A DNA stretch of 64,000 bases from a virus. Positions 8,997-18,648 of this stretch are shown here, in pieces. The translations under genes were made by a program, and so were the position numbers. The notes beneath the pieces are model-generated. The model worked only from the letters and a program-made list of their open reading frames with translations, did not search any database and was not told the origin of the DNA. The stretch is from positions 32,001 to 96,000 of the IMG/VR virus record IMGVR_UViG_3300031992_000005; one strand, given 5' to 3'. Each line of letters starts with the position of its first letter. The stretch's first letter is position 1.

Positions 8997-9890
8997 TTAC
9001 TCTAATACGTACTTTCCGTCTCTGAGATTATATACATCGATATAATCCATTCCTGCTTCTCTGGCGGAACAGATATCTCGATTGCTTAATCCCCATCTAC
9101 CAGTACAGATACCTATGAAAATTGTATTTTGTTGTGGAATCTTTAAGTTATCCAATACTTTCATTAGGATATCTGCTCTTGGAGAAGTTTCATCTGTATA
9201 TCTTATGAAAAGTACATTTTCTTTCGGAATACGCAGATAAGAACTAAGACATAATGATACATAATTGAGTAGTACGGTAGAAGATGTACTATCTTCCACT
9301 AGTCTCTTTAAATCCTTGTCGCTGACTAATATACCAAGTGTCGTTAATCCAAAGCTTCCAATTCTACTCCAGATATCAAGCTTGGGAATTAGGTCATAGA
9401 TTCCTCTCGGGAATATTCTTGGTCTTCCTCTACTATCAGATGATTCATATAAGCAGTCCAAAAAATTTGTTACAACAAAGGATTTTATTGGTACTGTACC
9501 TTCTACTTTTACTGTAGTATTATCTGTAGTTGAACTAACATTACTACTACTACTGTAGTAGCCATTAGGAGAGGCGTTCTTCCAATTTTTATAGGAATTT
9601 GTAGATCCTTCCATCTCCCAAGGGCCAGGATCATTAGGATTATTCCCGCCGGGAGATCCTACTCCAAAATTAGGTCCTCTTCCTTTATTACCTTCTACAA
9701 AAATATTATTTGTCATTGACGAATCTTTTTTCGTTTCCTCATATTCCAGACGATCTAGTTCTCGTTCAATAGCGATTTCGTCTTCGTCCATCAACTCCTC
9801 TAGACCATCACTTCCATCTTCCGTTGGATGTAAGCTTTCTGCCATTATCCCTGTATAATCTGGAGGTAAATACTTTAGAGGCTCGCTCAT
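8997..9890 (-). CDS. hypothetical protein (297 aa), acidic N-terminus, G/N/S-rich middle
   Basis: Intact ORF. No confident motif. Confidence 0.6.
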   Translation of the reverse strand: MSEPLKYLPPDYTGIMAESLHPTEDGSDGLEELMDEDEIAIERELDRLEYEETKKDSSMTNNIFVEGNKGRGPNFGVGSPGGNNPNDPGPWEMEGSTNSYKNWKNASPNGYYSSSSNVSSTTDNTTVKVEGTVPIKSFVVTNFLDCLYESSDSRGRPRIFPRGIYDLIPKLDIWSRIGSFGLTTLGILVSDKDLKRLVEDSTSSTVLLNYVSLCLSSYLRIPKENVLFIRYTDETSPRADILMKVLDNLKIPQQNTIFIGICTGRWGLSNRDICSAREAGMDYIDVYNLRDGKYVLE

Positions 9891-9892
9891 TC

Positions 9893-10474
9893 TTAGTTAG
9901 AATTAGATTCGACTTTAAGCTGCTCTTCACTACTTGGTGAATCTGCCATTGGATTTTTATCCTTCTTGATCAGCTTATTAGCCAGTTCAATATCATAGTC
10001 TTCATTTTCAAAGACTTGAGCTAACCAGCAGAATTCATTAGTGGATTTACACTCCGATTTATCTTCCCTATAAGATGCGCATGTACCCGGACATAATTTA
10101 TCAATTATCTCAGGGATACTAACGAGCATTTTCTCTTTAATGGCCTTCTGATAAAGGTCTGGAATAATATCGGGGTAAGCCTTTTCAATGGACATTGGTG
10201 CAGGTACAAAGTGATTTAATTCCACATCCCTTTCCGATACGTTGTCCACATTTCCCAGATCGCTACATAAATCCATATAACTTCTTTCTGGGTCGCTTGG
10301 ATCTCTTGGATCTGGGTAAGTCCTGCACTTCTTTTCTCCGTAAGGGCAAACGGCTGTACAAGCTGCACATTTCATTTCGTTTAGCTTGTCAGTATCAACT
10401 CCAATAAATTCTTGATAACGATCTCCAAACGGAGTACTAACCTTAACCATTCTAGGTTTCATCAACTTCGACAT
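9893..10474 (-). CDS. Cys-rich hypothetical protein (193 aa)
   Basis: Intact ORF with clustered cysteines (CAACTAVCPYGEKKC ... CPGTC ... C..C). Confidence 0.6.
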   Translation of the reverse strand: MSKLMKPRMVKVSTPFGDRYQEFIGVDTDKLNEMKCAACTAVCPYGEKKCRTYPDPRDPSDPERSYMDLCSDLGNVDNVSERDVELNHFVPAPMSIEKAYPDIIPDLYQKAIKEKMLVSIPEIIDKLCPGTCASYREDKSECKSTNEFCWLAQVFENEDYDIELANKLIKKDKNPMADSPSSEEQLKVESNSN

Positions 10475-10514
10475 ATATTTTAAATTTTAAAAGTACATTT
10501 ATAAGGATTTCGGC

Positions 10515-12047
10515 TTATTGAATATTTACTTCTCTAAGCTTCCACTTAACTGTAGCCATGTAAGAGGAATCTCCGAGGATAGGGACTTTACATTCGATAT
10601 CTTCAATGTAAGGCGAATGGTGATCCTTCTTGAAATTCACTGTTTTGGAGATGATCATTCTGAGAGTTAGGTACTTCAGAGAATCACTGCATGCGCGAAG
10701 CTTCTTTGACCAAAATTCCAAATCCTTACCTTGTTCATTAACCTTATCAAGAATCCACTTGAGTTGACTTGACTTATTCTTTGACAAGAAATTGCCTACT
10801 TCCCCAGTCTTGATATAACTTACTATGGCCTCCTGGATTTTTGCTGTATCCGAAGGAACGTTGTTAATATAAGTTATCAATGCCGTGGAGAATTTCTTTG
10901 GTAATTCTGCATCAACTGAAACTGCGTTTGATGGATAGAACTTCTTGCCATAGATACCAAGGCTTTCTAGGAACTGTATCTGAGGATCAATCTTCTTTTC
11001 GCCTTTATTCATATCCTCAATAGTCTCGTAGTATTGTACAGCAATCTTAGAGACATATTCGCTTACCTTAGCCATAGCTAACTGATTAGCATAAAGCTTT
11101 CCAATCTTAGTCTTTTCTATGATAGGAAGCTTTGTCAGATCAACTGTATCTCCTACAAGAACCTTCATACTATGAAGTTTTTTCTTGAGAGAAGGATCAC
11201 TGAGTCTTACTTTCAGCTTATTGATGTTCAATACACCATCGCTGACAACGTTGATTGTTCTGATACAAGTCAAACCCTTTCCAGCTTCTTTACTGATGCC
11301 AAGGTTGTTGTCTGGAACATCAACGTCGACAAATGTTCTGTAGGAAAGCGAGAGATTAGCCCTTTGCTTATTGCCCATGACACTTATTACAGTTTTCCAA
11401 GGACAATTGTCAAACTTTACATTATCTGGAAGTTTAACTTTGCTATCCGTAACACGCACAAATCCTTCAATAGAAACTTCTGCATGATCCTTTGCCAGGT
11501 CTTGGAGAAGTGAGAATACACTATACTTACTATTACAACTTCCGTAAGTCACTGGGTACTTTACTTTCTCAGCCAAGATGTTCAGTTTAAGATTCTCTTG
11601 ATTATTTTGAATATAGAGAGCCAACCCTTCCTTTAGCAACTGGAATTGTTTTTCTCCATACGCTCTATTGAAAGATGTAATAAGGTCATCGTCTTTCGTA
11701 GACAAGAACAGTGATTCCATCAAGCTCAAGTACTTAATAGGTAATCCTATGATTGTTCGCAGAATAACCAATAATTCTGCATTGTTGTGGAGATTCTGTC
11801 TTTTAGGTTCTCCTGCTTTTATCTCTGTGATAAGATAAAAAACAGATACATTAGCTAAAGGCAGCATCTCCCCTTTCAGGGGAACAAATCGAATATTATT
11901 ACCCCCTTCGCCAACAGTAATGGCGAATTTGTACATAAGACTACCTCTATTTTCCACTCGATAGAGGCCATTCTCGTTAACTACATGGTAAACTGATAGC
12001 TTAATTTTACTATCTCTTACCTTAAATTCATTCGTTTTTGTTACCAT
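10515..12047 (-). CDS. hypothetical protein (510 aa)
   Basis: Long intact ORF. Its first 8 codons (MVTKTNEF) and its upstream leader are duplicated in front of gltX. Confidence 0.7.
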   Translation of the reverse strand: MVTKTNEFKVRDSKIKLSVYHVVNENGLYRVENRGSLMYKFAITVGEGGNNIRFVPLKGEMLPLANVSVFYLITEIKAGEPKRQNLHNNAELLVILRTIIGLPIKYLSLMESLFLSTKDDDLITSFNRAYGEKQFQLLKEGLALYIQNNQENLKLNILAEKVKYPVTYGSCNSKYSVFSLLQDLAKDHAEVSIEGFVRVTDSKVKLPDNVKFDNCPWKTVISVMGNKQRANLSLSYRTFVDVDVPDNNLGISKEAGKGLTCIRTINVVSDGVLNINKLKVRLSDPSLKKKLHSMKVLVGDTVDLTKLPIIEKTKIGKLYANQLAMAKVSEYVSKIAVQYYETIEDMNKGEKKIDPQIQFLESLGIYGKKFYPSNAVSVDAELPKKFSTALITYINNVPSDTAKIQEAIVSYIKTGEVGNFLSKNKSSQLKWILDKVNEQGKDLEFWSKKLRACSDSLKYLTLRMIISKTVNFKKDHHSPYIEDIECKVPILGDSSYMATVKWKLREVNIQ

Positions 12048-12108
12048 TTTTCTAGTAATTATTATGAATTAAACAATATAACATTCAAATATAAAGAGTT
12101 TAAGGCTT
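12014..12108 (-). repeat. promoter/leader/first-codons module, copy A
   Basis: About 90 nt matching 13691..13779 at roughly 90% identity by eye, with two short indels. It includes the ATG and codons for MVTKTNEF. Confidence 0.85.
12082..12108 (-). promoter_or_regulatory. promoter-like motif with exact TAnnTTTG box
   Basis: The minus strand reads AAGCCTTAAACTCTTTATATTTGAATG. TATATTTG fits the Bacteroidota -7 consensus TAnnTTTG. Confidence 0.5.
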
Positions 12109-12146
12109 AGATACTGCAGCTCTTTCTATCGTATTTTCATTGCAAC

Positions 12147-13727
12147 TTATCTCAGTTGCGCAATAGCATTTTTCATGCGCTTAATGGTTTCTTCCTTGCC
12201 AAGAAAAGCTGCCAACTCATACATATCAGGTCCCTGTCCTGTTCCCACCAAGCAAACACGCCAAGCGTTCCAAGGCTTGAATCCATGTGCCTCCGTCCAT
12301 GCTTCAATCATTTTCTTCAGACTTTCAACAGAGAAGTCATCAAGTGATTCGAGCACACCAATAAGCTCATCCATCTCCATAGCAGTTGTTTCTTTCCAGT
12401 TCTTGCGGACAAACTTATCTTCCTTGTTGTATATTTCAGGAGTTACAAAGAAGAACTTAGTCAGCGGCCAAAGGTCACTGATGAAGCTTACATTCCTCTT
12501 CTTCTTGTTGCCGTCGTTGTCAACATATTCAATCACTTTCTGTTTCATCATCTCCACGACTTGCGCTTCCTGCTGAGGCGTGGATTCAATGCCATTAGCA
12601 CGAAGAATCTTATTAAATTCAGGAACCCACTCCTCCGCTGGCTTTTTGAGTATATACTGGTGATTGAACCAAATGCTCTTCATGTAGTCAAAATGCGCAC
12701 CACACTTTGAGCACTTACTGAGATCGAACCTCTCAATAAGTTCATCCATCGACATTAATTCCTGGTCGTTACCTGGATTCCAACCAAAGAGAGCCAAGAA
12801 ATTGACTAATGCCTCTGGCAGGTAGCCTTTTTCACGATAGCCTGGACTAACCTCTCCCGACTTAGGGTCGTGCCATTCAAGAGGGAACACAGGAAATCCC
12901 AGTTTATCGCCATCGCGCTTTGAGAGTTTTCCATTACCCATACCCACTGGCTTGAGAATCAATGGTAAATGAGCAAAGCGTGGCATTGTGTTCTGCCAAC
13001 CAAATGCTTCATAGAGCAGCACGTGAAGTGGAGCCGAAGGCAACCATTCCTCACCACGAATAACGTGGGAAATCTTCATTAAGTGGTCATCCACAATGTT
13101 TGCCAAGTGATAAGTAGGCAATTCATCAGCACTCTTGTAGAGTACCTTGTCGTCGAGGATACTGCTGTTAATGCTTACATCGCCACGAATCAAGTCATCC
13201 ACATGCACATCACGTCCTGGCTCAATCTTAAAACGAACCACATACTGTTTGCCGTCAGCAATCAGTGCATCCACTTCTTCCTTACTGAGAGTGAGAGAAT
13301 TACGCATCATCATGCGGGTTTTGGCATCGTATTGGAAGTTCTCTATTTCCTGACGCTTAGCATCAAGTTCCTCGGGTGTGTCGAAAGCAAGATAAGCTTT
13401 GCCATCGTCAAGCAACTGCTGTACATATTTCTTATAGATGTCACGGCGTTCACTTTGGCGATATGGGCCATAGTTGCCACCAAAGGAAACACCTTCATCG
13501 AATTTGATTCCTAACCAATTGAACGACTCAATGATATACTCTTCAGCTCCTGGAACAAAACGATTGGAATCGGTGTCTTCGATACGGAAAATCAAGTCAC
13601 CACCATGTTGTTTTGCGAACAAGTAATTGTAGAGAGCTGTGCGAACCCCACCAATGTGCAGAGGTCCTGTTGGGCTGGGTGCAAAACGCACTCTTACCTT
13701 ATTAAATTCATTTGTTTTTGTTACCAT
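12147..13727 (-). CDS. gltX: glutamyl-tRNA synthetase (class I)
   Basis: [17 protein letters not shown] (HIGH motif), [21 protein letters not shown] and GKLSKRDG (KMSKS motif). Full length at 526 aa. Visibly higher GC than its neighbours. Confidence 0.95.
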   Translation of the reverse strand: MVTKTNEFNKVRVRFAPSPTGPLHIGGVRTALYNYLFAKQHGGDLIFRIEDTDSNRFVPGAEEYIIESFNWLGIKFDEGVSFGGNYGPYRQSERRDIYKKYVQQLLDDGKAYLAFDTPEELDAKRQEIENFQYDAKTRMMMRNSLTLSKEEVDALIADGKQYVVRFKIEPGRDVHVDDLIRGDVSINSSILDDKVLYKSADELPTYHLANIVDDHLMKISHVIRGEEWLPSAPLHVLLYEAFGWQNTMPRFAHLPLILKPVGMGNGKLSKRDGDKLGFPVFPLEWHDPKSGEVSPGYREKGYLPEALVNFLALFGWNPGNDQELMSMDELIERFDLSKCSKCGAHFDYMKSIWFNHQYILKKPAEEWVPEFNKILRANGIESTPQQEAQVVEMMKQKVIEYVDNDGNKKKRNVSFISDLWPLTKFFFVTPEIYNKEDKFVRKNWKETTAMEMDELIGVLESLDDFSVESLKKMIEAWTEAHGFKPWNAWRVCLVGTGQGPDMYELAAFLGKEETIKRMKNAIAQLR

Positions 13728-13779
13728 TTTTATTATTAATTAAACAATATAACATTCAAGTATAAAGAGTTTAAAGCTT
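13691..13779 (-). repeat. promoter/leader/first-codons module, copy B
   Basis: Matches 12014..12108. It supplies the ATG and MVTKTNEF in front of the native GluRS N-terminus ([12 protein letters not shown]). Confidence 0.85.
13753..13779 (-). promoter_or_regulatory. promoter-like motif
   Basis: The minus strand reads AAGCTTTAAACTCTTTATACTTGAATG, the duplicate of the 12082 box. Confidence 0.45.
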
Positions 13780-13832
13780 CAGGACCTCAAGCCCTTACAG
13801 GTGTATATAATTAATATTAAAAAGATTAGACT

Positions 13833-14423
13833 ATGAAATGGGAATGGTATGAAGTAACAACTGAAGTCTTAAAAGAAGCTTTGGAGTTTTATAGCAAGCC
13901 TGAAGAAGACTGGATCAAAGATGTAGTTATTGAAGTCCAAAATCCAGCTAGCTTAATAAATTCAAGAGTATATCTTACTGCAGTGCCACCAGATAAGATG
14001 GATAAAAAATTGGCAGAAGTAGCAAAAATGATTTCAGTTATTGTTGTTAACCCAGGAGAAAAGTTTGCCAGAGTTACATTAACGCCAATGAATCAATTTT
14101 TTGGTAGTAGTTGCTTAGAGAAACTTTTCGGAAATGTGTATAAGCCACATGAACGTAGCTATCTAAATTTTCTCAAACAGAAAAAGATAGAAGGTGAATC
14201 TTTTGAGAAATATCTCAATAGGATGTGGTATATATTCTGTAACGATGAACGAGTACGGGTCGGAATCGGAGAAGAGGATATTTATAACCCTAATGAGAAA
14301 TTCGTTAGAATTAGGCCTATATACTACGACACTTGGTTAGACTTGATGAAATTATATACAGAAACAGGAAACATTAAATACCTTATACCTGAACAAGATA
14401 TTAAAATTTTTAAAGTTAAATGA
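13833..14423 (+). CDS. hypothetical protein (196 aa)
   Basis: Intact ORF, first gene of a short plus-strand block. No motif recognised. Confidence 0.6.
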   Translation: MKWEWYEVTTEVLKEALEFYSKPEEDWIKDVVIEVQNPASLINSRVYLTAVPPDKMDKKLAEVAKMISVIVVNPGEKFARVTLTPMNQFFGSSCLEKLFGNVYKPHERSYLNFLKQKKIEGESFEKYLNRMWYIFCNDERVRVGIGEEDIYNPNEKFVRIRPIYYDTWLDLMKLYTETGNIKYLIPEQDIKIFKVK

Positions 14424-14887
14424 GTAAACATTTCAGAGGTATATTTTTAAATGTATACTTACTAGAAGCAGATATAGTCCGATATTTAGAGGGTAAAGGC
14501 TATAAAATTATTACATTAAATACCGCGATAAAGACTTTTTGCAACTTAAAGGATACCATTGATGTAAGACCTTTCTTAAGTTCTTCTACTAGGTATATGA
14601 AACTCTGTTATAAAACAGAAGAGGATTATCTTCACTTAAGAGATATGGTAGAACTACTCTTTAGTGGAGTAATAGGAGAGGTTAAAACGTGGTTAGATAT
14701 TAAAGAACCTAAACCAAATTTAACTATTAATATCAACTATATCAGTACTGGATTTCTATTTACTGAAGAAAATGGCAGTTTCTATGACCACGTTGCCCTT
14801 AAGGTAGGTAAAAAGTTATTGAAAGAAAATTTAAAAAAGATATTAACATATGAAAAAGGCGAAAACGGCAATAATATTTTTTCATAG
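14420..14887 (+). CDS. hypothetical protein (155 aa)
   Basis: ATGA overlap with the upstream stop. No motif recognised. Confidence 0.55.
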   Translation: MSKHFRGIFLNVYLLEADIVRYLEGKGYKIITLNTAIKTFCNLKDTIDVRPFLSSSTRYMKLCYKTEEDYLHLRDMVELLFSGVIGEVKTWLDIKEPKPNLTININYISTGFLFTEENGSFYDHVALKVGKKLLKENLKKILTYEKGENGNNIFS

Positions 14888-15782
14888 ATCAGACTACGAT
14901 GGCCTATTTTCAGGCTTTATCGCAAAGTCTAAGTTACAAGAAGACGGATACCTAGTTACATCAATAGGCTGGACTTATGGAATGCCTATTCCAAAAGAAT
15001 TAAAACAACGGACATGGGATGTTGTAGTAGTAGTTGACTTGAGTTTTCCACCAGAAATAATGGATAGTATTGAAAACCTGGTTTGGATAGATCACCATGA
15101 TACTTCCATTAAAGATAGTAAACCTTTCAAATACTTCTTCTCTCCCGGAAAAAGAGTATTAGGTAAAGGTGCTTGTGAATTAGCTTGGGAATATTTCTAC
15201 CCAGAGATTGAAGTGCCATTATCTATACAATATCTGAGTGCATATGATGTACATGATATGAAAAGATTTGACTGGCAAGAAAAATCTCTACCACTACAGT
15301 ATGCATTGAAGGCGATGTACGGTAACTCTAAGGATCCGTTGTTTGAAGAATTTGTAAATCTAACCAACCCAGGTAATCTTAATAGGGTGGATGAGTTAAT
15401 AGAAACCGGAAAAATAGTTTTGCAATATGCAAGACGAATGGCTGAGATAGCTGTAAAGAATTACGGTTTCGTAGTAACTGTAAATGAAAAATATAGCGGA
15501 TTATGTATAATCACTACTGATTTCAAGGCGTCTTTGTATACTGAGCTAATGATTGATAAATATGATATCTTAGTTCTAGTTAACAGAAAAAGATCCTCAC
15601 CAGAAGATATATTTATAGTGGGCTTTTATTCTGAGGAAGGAAAACTTGACTTCTCTTTAGGTGATTATGCAAAAGAAATTGTTAAAGGAACTGGAAGAAA
15701 CGGAGGTGGTCATAAGTGTGCCTCTGGTTGTGAAATAGATAAGGAACAGTTCCTAAAACTAATTAGTAGTAAAAAAATATAA
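14850..15782 (+). CDS. DHH/DHHA1-family phosphoesterase (NrnA/RecJ-like core)
   Basis: Collinear DHH motifs: FFHRSDYDG (I), VVVVDLS (II), WIDHHDT (III), and DHHA1 GGGHKCASG near the C-terminus. Confidence 0.8.
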   Translation: MKKAKTAIIFFHRSDYDGLFSGFIAKSKLQEDGYLVTSIGWTYGMPIPKELKQRTWDVVVVVDLSFPPEIMDSIENLVWIDHHDTSIKDSKPFKYFFSPGKRVLGKGACELAWEYFYPEIEVPLSIQYLSAYDVHDMKRFDWQEKSLPLQYALKAMYGNSKDPLFEEFVNLTNPGNLNRVDELIETGKIVLQYARRMAEIAVKNYGFVVTVNEKYSGLCIITTDFKASLYTELMIDKYDILVLVNRKRSSPEDIFIVGFYSEEGKLDFSLGDYAKEIVKGTGRNGGGHKCASGCEIDKEQFLKLISSKKI

Positions 15783-15789
15783 AAAAATT

Positions 15790-15816
15790 CAGTGGGATTC
15801 GTCCCACTGTTTTTAT
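15790..15816. terminator. bidirectional intrinsic terminator between convergent genes
   Basis: CAGTGGGA-TTCG-TCCCACTG hairpin flanked by an A-run upstream and TTTTTATTTT downstream. Confidence 0.7.
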
Positions 15817-15817
15817 T

Positions 15818-16237
15818 TTAAAATAATTTTTCTAAAAATCTAACAAGTTCACTTAATAATTCTTCGTGTGGTTTAATACAAATCCACTCCCAAATCATAA
15901 AGTAATAGATAACACACGTTAATATGCAATCTATTACAATAAAAATATACTTATCAGGTCTTTTTATAATAGATAAAACTAGGATCAGTAAGAATCCAAA
16001 CTTAAAACTACTAAAAAATAATCCCCCAATAAGAAAAACCCAGTATATAATATCAATAAGAATAAAACAAATATACCTAGACTTTAATTTTTCTTCATCG
16101 TGGTCTAGGTTTTCTTCTTTCAATATTACATCTCTTCCTTTATCAAGCCCCTCCTTGAAAAAAGTAATGTTTGATAATTTCCATAATTCCCATACGAAAA
16201 ATATCAAAGCTCCAAAAATAATAATCGAATCAAACAT
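15818..16237 (-). CDS. multi-pass membrane protein (139 aa)
   Basis: At least three long hydrophobic segments. Confidence 0.6.
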   Translation of the reverse strand: MFDSIIIFGALIFFVWELWKLSNITFFKEGLDKGRDVILKEENLDHDEEKLKSRYICFILIDIIYWVFLIGGLFFSSFKFGFLLILVLSIIKRPDKYIFIVIDCILTCVIYYFMIWEWICIKPHEELLSELVRFLEKLF

Positions 16238-16250
16238 AGCATAAATAGTA

Positions 16251-16277
16251 TATTATATCTAATATAAGGCTTTTAAA
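16251..16277 (-). promoter_or_regulatory. promoter-like motif (divergent pair, minus)
   Basis: The minus strand reads TTTAAAAGCCTTATATTAGATATAATA, upstream of the ATG at 16237. Confidence 0.35.
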
Positions 16278-16294
16278 CTCTTACTTATGTAAAA
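16268..16294 (+). promoter_or_regulatory. promoter-like motif (divergent pair, plus)
   Basis: GGCTTTTAAACTCTTACTTATGTAAAA, about 40 nt upstream of the ATG at 16332. Confidence 0.4.
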
Positions 16295-16331
16295 ACTTTA
16301 TTTAGTATTAATTTTTAAATAAAAAAAAAGC

Positions 16332-17501
16332 ATGGAACAAGAAAAAGAAAAATTAGTTGGTTTATCAAAAACGAGTTGGCATTATAAGCTCGTTAGATTT
16401 TGCTGGAATATTGAGCCAGACAAAGTCTTTAAGAACCTATGTCCTTATTTCTGGCTATCTATTGCTTCAATCCTAGTAGTTATTCCGATAGGAATCTATC
16501 GAGGAATTATCAGCCTAGCCAAGGAGTGGGGTAAGTATATCTCAAAAACCCTTGACAAGGTTAACTTATCTAGGGTTGATTCAATTCTCGATTCGTTCGA
16601 TAAGATGGATTTGTTCTTCTTTTTGATGAACGAAGCACCTTCTAAGCTTGGAATAGAATTTGATGAGCCTGATTATGACGATTATCGTTTCTTAAGAGAT
16701 TCCGGATCAAGGGAATATAAAGCCCTAGATCGAAAAGTAGAAATAATCAGAGATGCTTCAGAAGATTACTATGTAACCTATAGCGACTTGCTTGAGAAGA
16801 TTAAGACTAGAAGAAATCTCAGCAATGAGGATATTTACTCTTATAAGAAGATCTTTCATAATAGAGTGGAAGAGATTAGGAAAAGAGTAGAGAAAGAAAG
16901 AGCTGAGCGGGCTGAGGAAATGATGAAAAAAGATATCCGAGAGAAAAAGATGAAGGAAAGACTGTATGTCATTGGAAACTATACAAAGAGCTTCTTGACC
17001 GGTGTTTTCATCGCCATTCTGATAGCTTTTGGATTCATAATACAACACCCATTTATTCAGTTGGTTCTGACAGCCGACGGAGAAGATGTGCTTGGATTCC
17101 TAAAATTCGTGCTCATTGTTTGTGCAGCCTTAGCTTTTCTTCTGTGTTGCGTATTTCTTGGAATTCAGTCAGCAGAACTCCTGAATTCTTATAAGGACGT
17201 AGGTAAAGACGCATTGAAAGGATTAAATAAGTTTGAAAAAGTATCTGTTATTATATTACTTGGTCTGGCAAAAACAGCCGTAGTAATTAAGGACGTACTT
17301 GTATTCTTGTACAAATATCTCATATACTATCCATTGTATAAATTCCTATACTGTACAATTCTAGGAGGAATTGGAAGAGGATTTGTAGAAGGAATTCAGG
17401 AGTTTGGAGGTATATTTTCAGACTACTTCAATGCCTCTTATTCAGATTATTGCCCAAGTATTGATTGGGACAACGAAGAAAAAGAAAAAGAAAATAATTA
17501 A
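16332..17501 (+). CDS. membrane protein with central charged coiled-coil (389 aa)
   Basis: Several TM segments flank an E/K/R-rich helix (RVEEIRKRVEKERAERAEEMMKKD). Confidence 0.65.
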   Translation: MEQEKEKLVGLSKTSWHYKLVRFCWNIEPDKVFKNLCPYFWLSIASILVVIPIGIYRGIISLAKEWGKYISKTLDKVNLSRVDSILDSFDKMDLFFFLMNEAPSKLGIEFDEPDYDDYRFLRDSGSREYKALDRKVEIIRDASEDYYVTYSDLLEKIKTRRNLSNEDIYSYKKIFHNRVEEIRKRVEKERAERAEEMMKKDIREKKMKERLYVIGNYTKSFLTGVFIAILIAFGFIIQHPFIQLVLTADGEDVLGFLKFVLIVCAALAFLLCCVFLGIQSAELLNSYKDVGKDALKGLNKFEKVSVIILLGLAKTAVVIKDVLVFLYKYLIYYPLYKFLYCTILGGIGRGFVEGIQEFGGIFSDYFNASYSDYCPSIDWDNEEKEKENN

Positions 17502-17516
17502 AATTAGAAAAATATT

Positions 17517-18053
17517 ATGTACTACTTTATTATATTAGCAATTATTGTATTAATTTCAATAACTTGCTTGAAAAACAGCGTAGCAAAAAAAGGTATCTTG
17601 GTTGTAGTATTTATTGCTGCAATTATAGGAGGCATACTTGGTGGTATTATCGAAGGTGCTATTATTCGAACCTCTGGAATTAAGGCAGAGAATATCACAA
17701 CTACCTCAAAATTTGAACCTTATGTAACAGACTCAGTTATGACAGAGGATTGTATCATTCGTGAGGGCAAGGGTGGAATATTTGAAGACAAGTATTCACT
17801 GAGTGATATTAGAGGTGGAGAAGGTCTAGAACATAAGATTATTATTGTGAATGATTCTCTTCAGCCCGGTATCTTGACAGTTAAGAAAACTCTAGCTCAT
17901 AGAGTACTTCCGGGGATACCAAGTTTCAAAATGACACTTGAGAGTAAAAATTATGTAGTATTACCAAAGAAGCAGTATGAAGTATTCAAGACTATTGAAA
18001 ATCATGCTAGAGAAAGAGAAGATTCATTGGCGAAGGCTAAAGAATCTGTTTAA
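17517..18053 (+). CDS. membrane-anchored protein (178 aa)
   Basis: Two N-terminal TM segments followed by a soluble domain. Confidence 0.6.
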   Translation: MYYFIILAIIVLISITCLKNSVAKKGILVVVFIAAIIGGILGGIIEGAIIRTSGIKAENITTTSKFEPYVTDSVMTEDCIIREGKGGIFEDKYSLSDIRGGEGLEHKIIIVNDSLQPGILTVKKTLAHRVLPGIPSFKMTLESKNYVVLPKKQYEVFKTIENHAREREDSLAKAKESV

Positions 18054-18228
18054 AGCAATTGACTCTATCTCTGGAAAATTGGTATCTTGGCCGATAATAG
18101 TAGTGCTAGTATCTATTGCGCACTATTGTTTTGCGGCAATGCATTTCCTATTTGAAACTTATCTTTATCTCTTCAATAGAGATCAGTTTGAATTAAATAT
18201 GGTATCCTTAAGCAAGAGGTTAGCATGA
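17977..18228 (+). CDS. small membrane protein (start uncertain)
   Basis: Hydrophobic core SWPIIVVLVSIAHYCFAAMHFLF and an ATGA overlap with the next ORF. It overlaps the upstream gene by 50-77 nt depending on the start chosen. Confidence 0.4.
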   Translation: MKYSRLLKIMLEKEKIHWRRLKNLFKAIDSISGKLVSWPIIVVLVSIAHYCFAAMHFLFETYLYLFNRDQFELNMVSLSKRLA

Positions 18229-18380
18229 AAAAGACTAGTTTCTGGCATAACCTTCTTAGGGGAATGATATACCTCCTGGTATGCAAAGGCATATTTTGGT
18301 TAATGCCTTTTCAAGATGCCATAGTACTTATCTCTGCGATAGTAATATGTAATTTGGATCTCATAAATGAGAAAAAATAA
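18225..18380 (+). CDS. small membrane protein (51 aa, below ORF-track cutoff)
   Basis: Translated by hand as MKKTSFWHNLLRGMIYLLVCKGIFWLMPFQDAIVLISAIVICNLDLINEKK. Starts in an ATGA overlap and is followed by a terminator. Confidence 0.5.
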   Translation: MKKTSFWHNLLRGMIYLLVCKGIFWLMPFQDAIVLISAIVICNLDLINEKK

Positions 18381-18390
18381 AAAAGAAAGA

Positions 18391-18421
18391 ATAGAGCCCG
18401 AAAGGACTCTATTTTTTTTTG
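18391..18421. terminator. intrinsic terminator (GAAA-looped hairpin plus T9)
   Basis: ATAGAGCCC-GAAA-GGACTCTAT followed by TTTTTTTTT. An A/T-rich run upstream allows action on the minus strand too. Confidence 0.7.
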
Positions 18422-18591
18422 TCTCCAAAGATTAAACGTTTATTTTAAAAGCTTTAGTTCTAATTCACCGTTTCCGCCTGAGGTTCTATACATACATATG
18501 TATAGATTACCTGGCATCTTCAGTACGAGCTTCACCCGTATACGATTTATCAGACCTAAAGTGTTAAAATTGTTTCTATAAAGGTTACAAA

Positions 18592-18640
18592 TAAGAAAAG
18601 AGAACCTTAACTGAAATTGTTGTGTGTGTTAAAGTTCTCT
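18592..18640 (-). terminator. candidate terminator for the 58-aa minus-strand ORF
   Basis: Imperfect ~11-bp hairpin (18600-18611 pairs with 18628-18639), followed on the minus strand by TTTTCTTATTT. Confidence 0.4.
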
Positions 18641-18648
18641 TCTCTCCA

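Noticed and set aside
8997-9890. HAD-like phosphatase call for the C-terminal region (FIGICTGRWGLSNRDICSAREAGMDYI).
   Set aside because: Only a vague resemblance to HAD motif IV. No DxDxT motif I or motif II is present.
559-13514. Plus-strand ORFs of 60-143 aa lying inside the long minus-strand genes. Examples: 559..759, 756..1025, 946..1140, 1914..2180, 2724..2969, 3262..3459, 5521..5754, 6111..6347, 6768..6956, 7097..7435, 7341..7583, 7599..7781, 10195..10407, 11172..11513, 12156..12347, 12175..12576, 13083..13514, 13147..13353.
   Set aside because: They are entirely antisense to ORFs with clear motifs or much greater length. Their sequences are low-complexity or hydrophobic with no motifs, which is typical of shadow ORFs.
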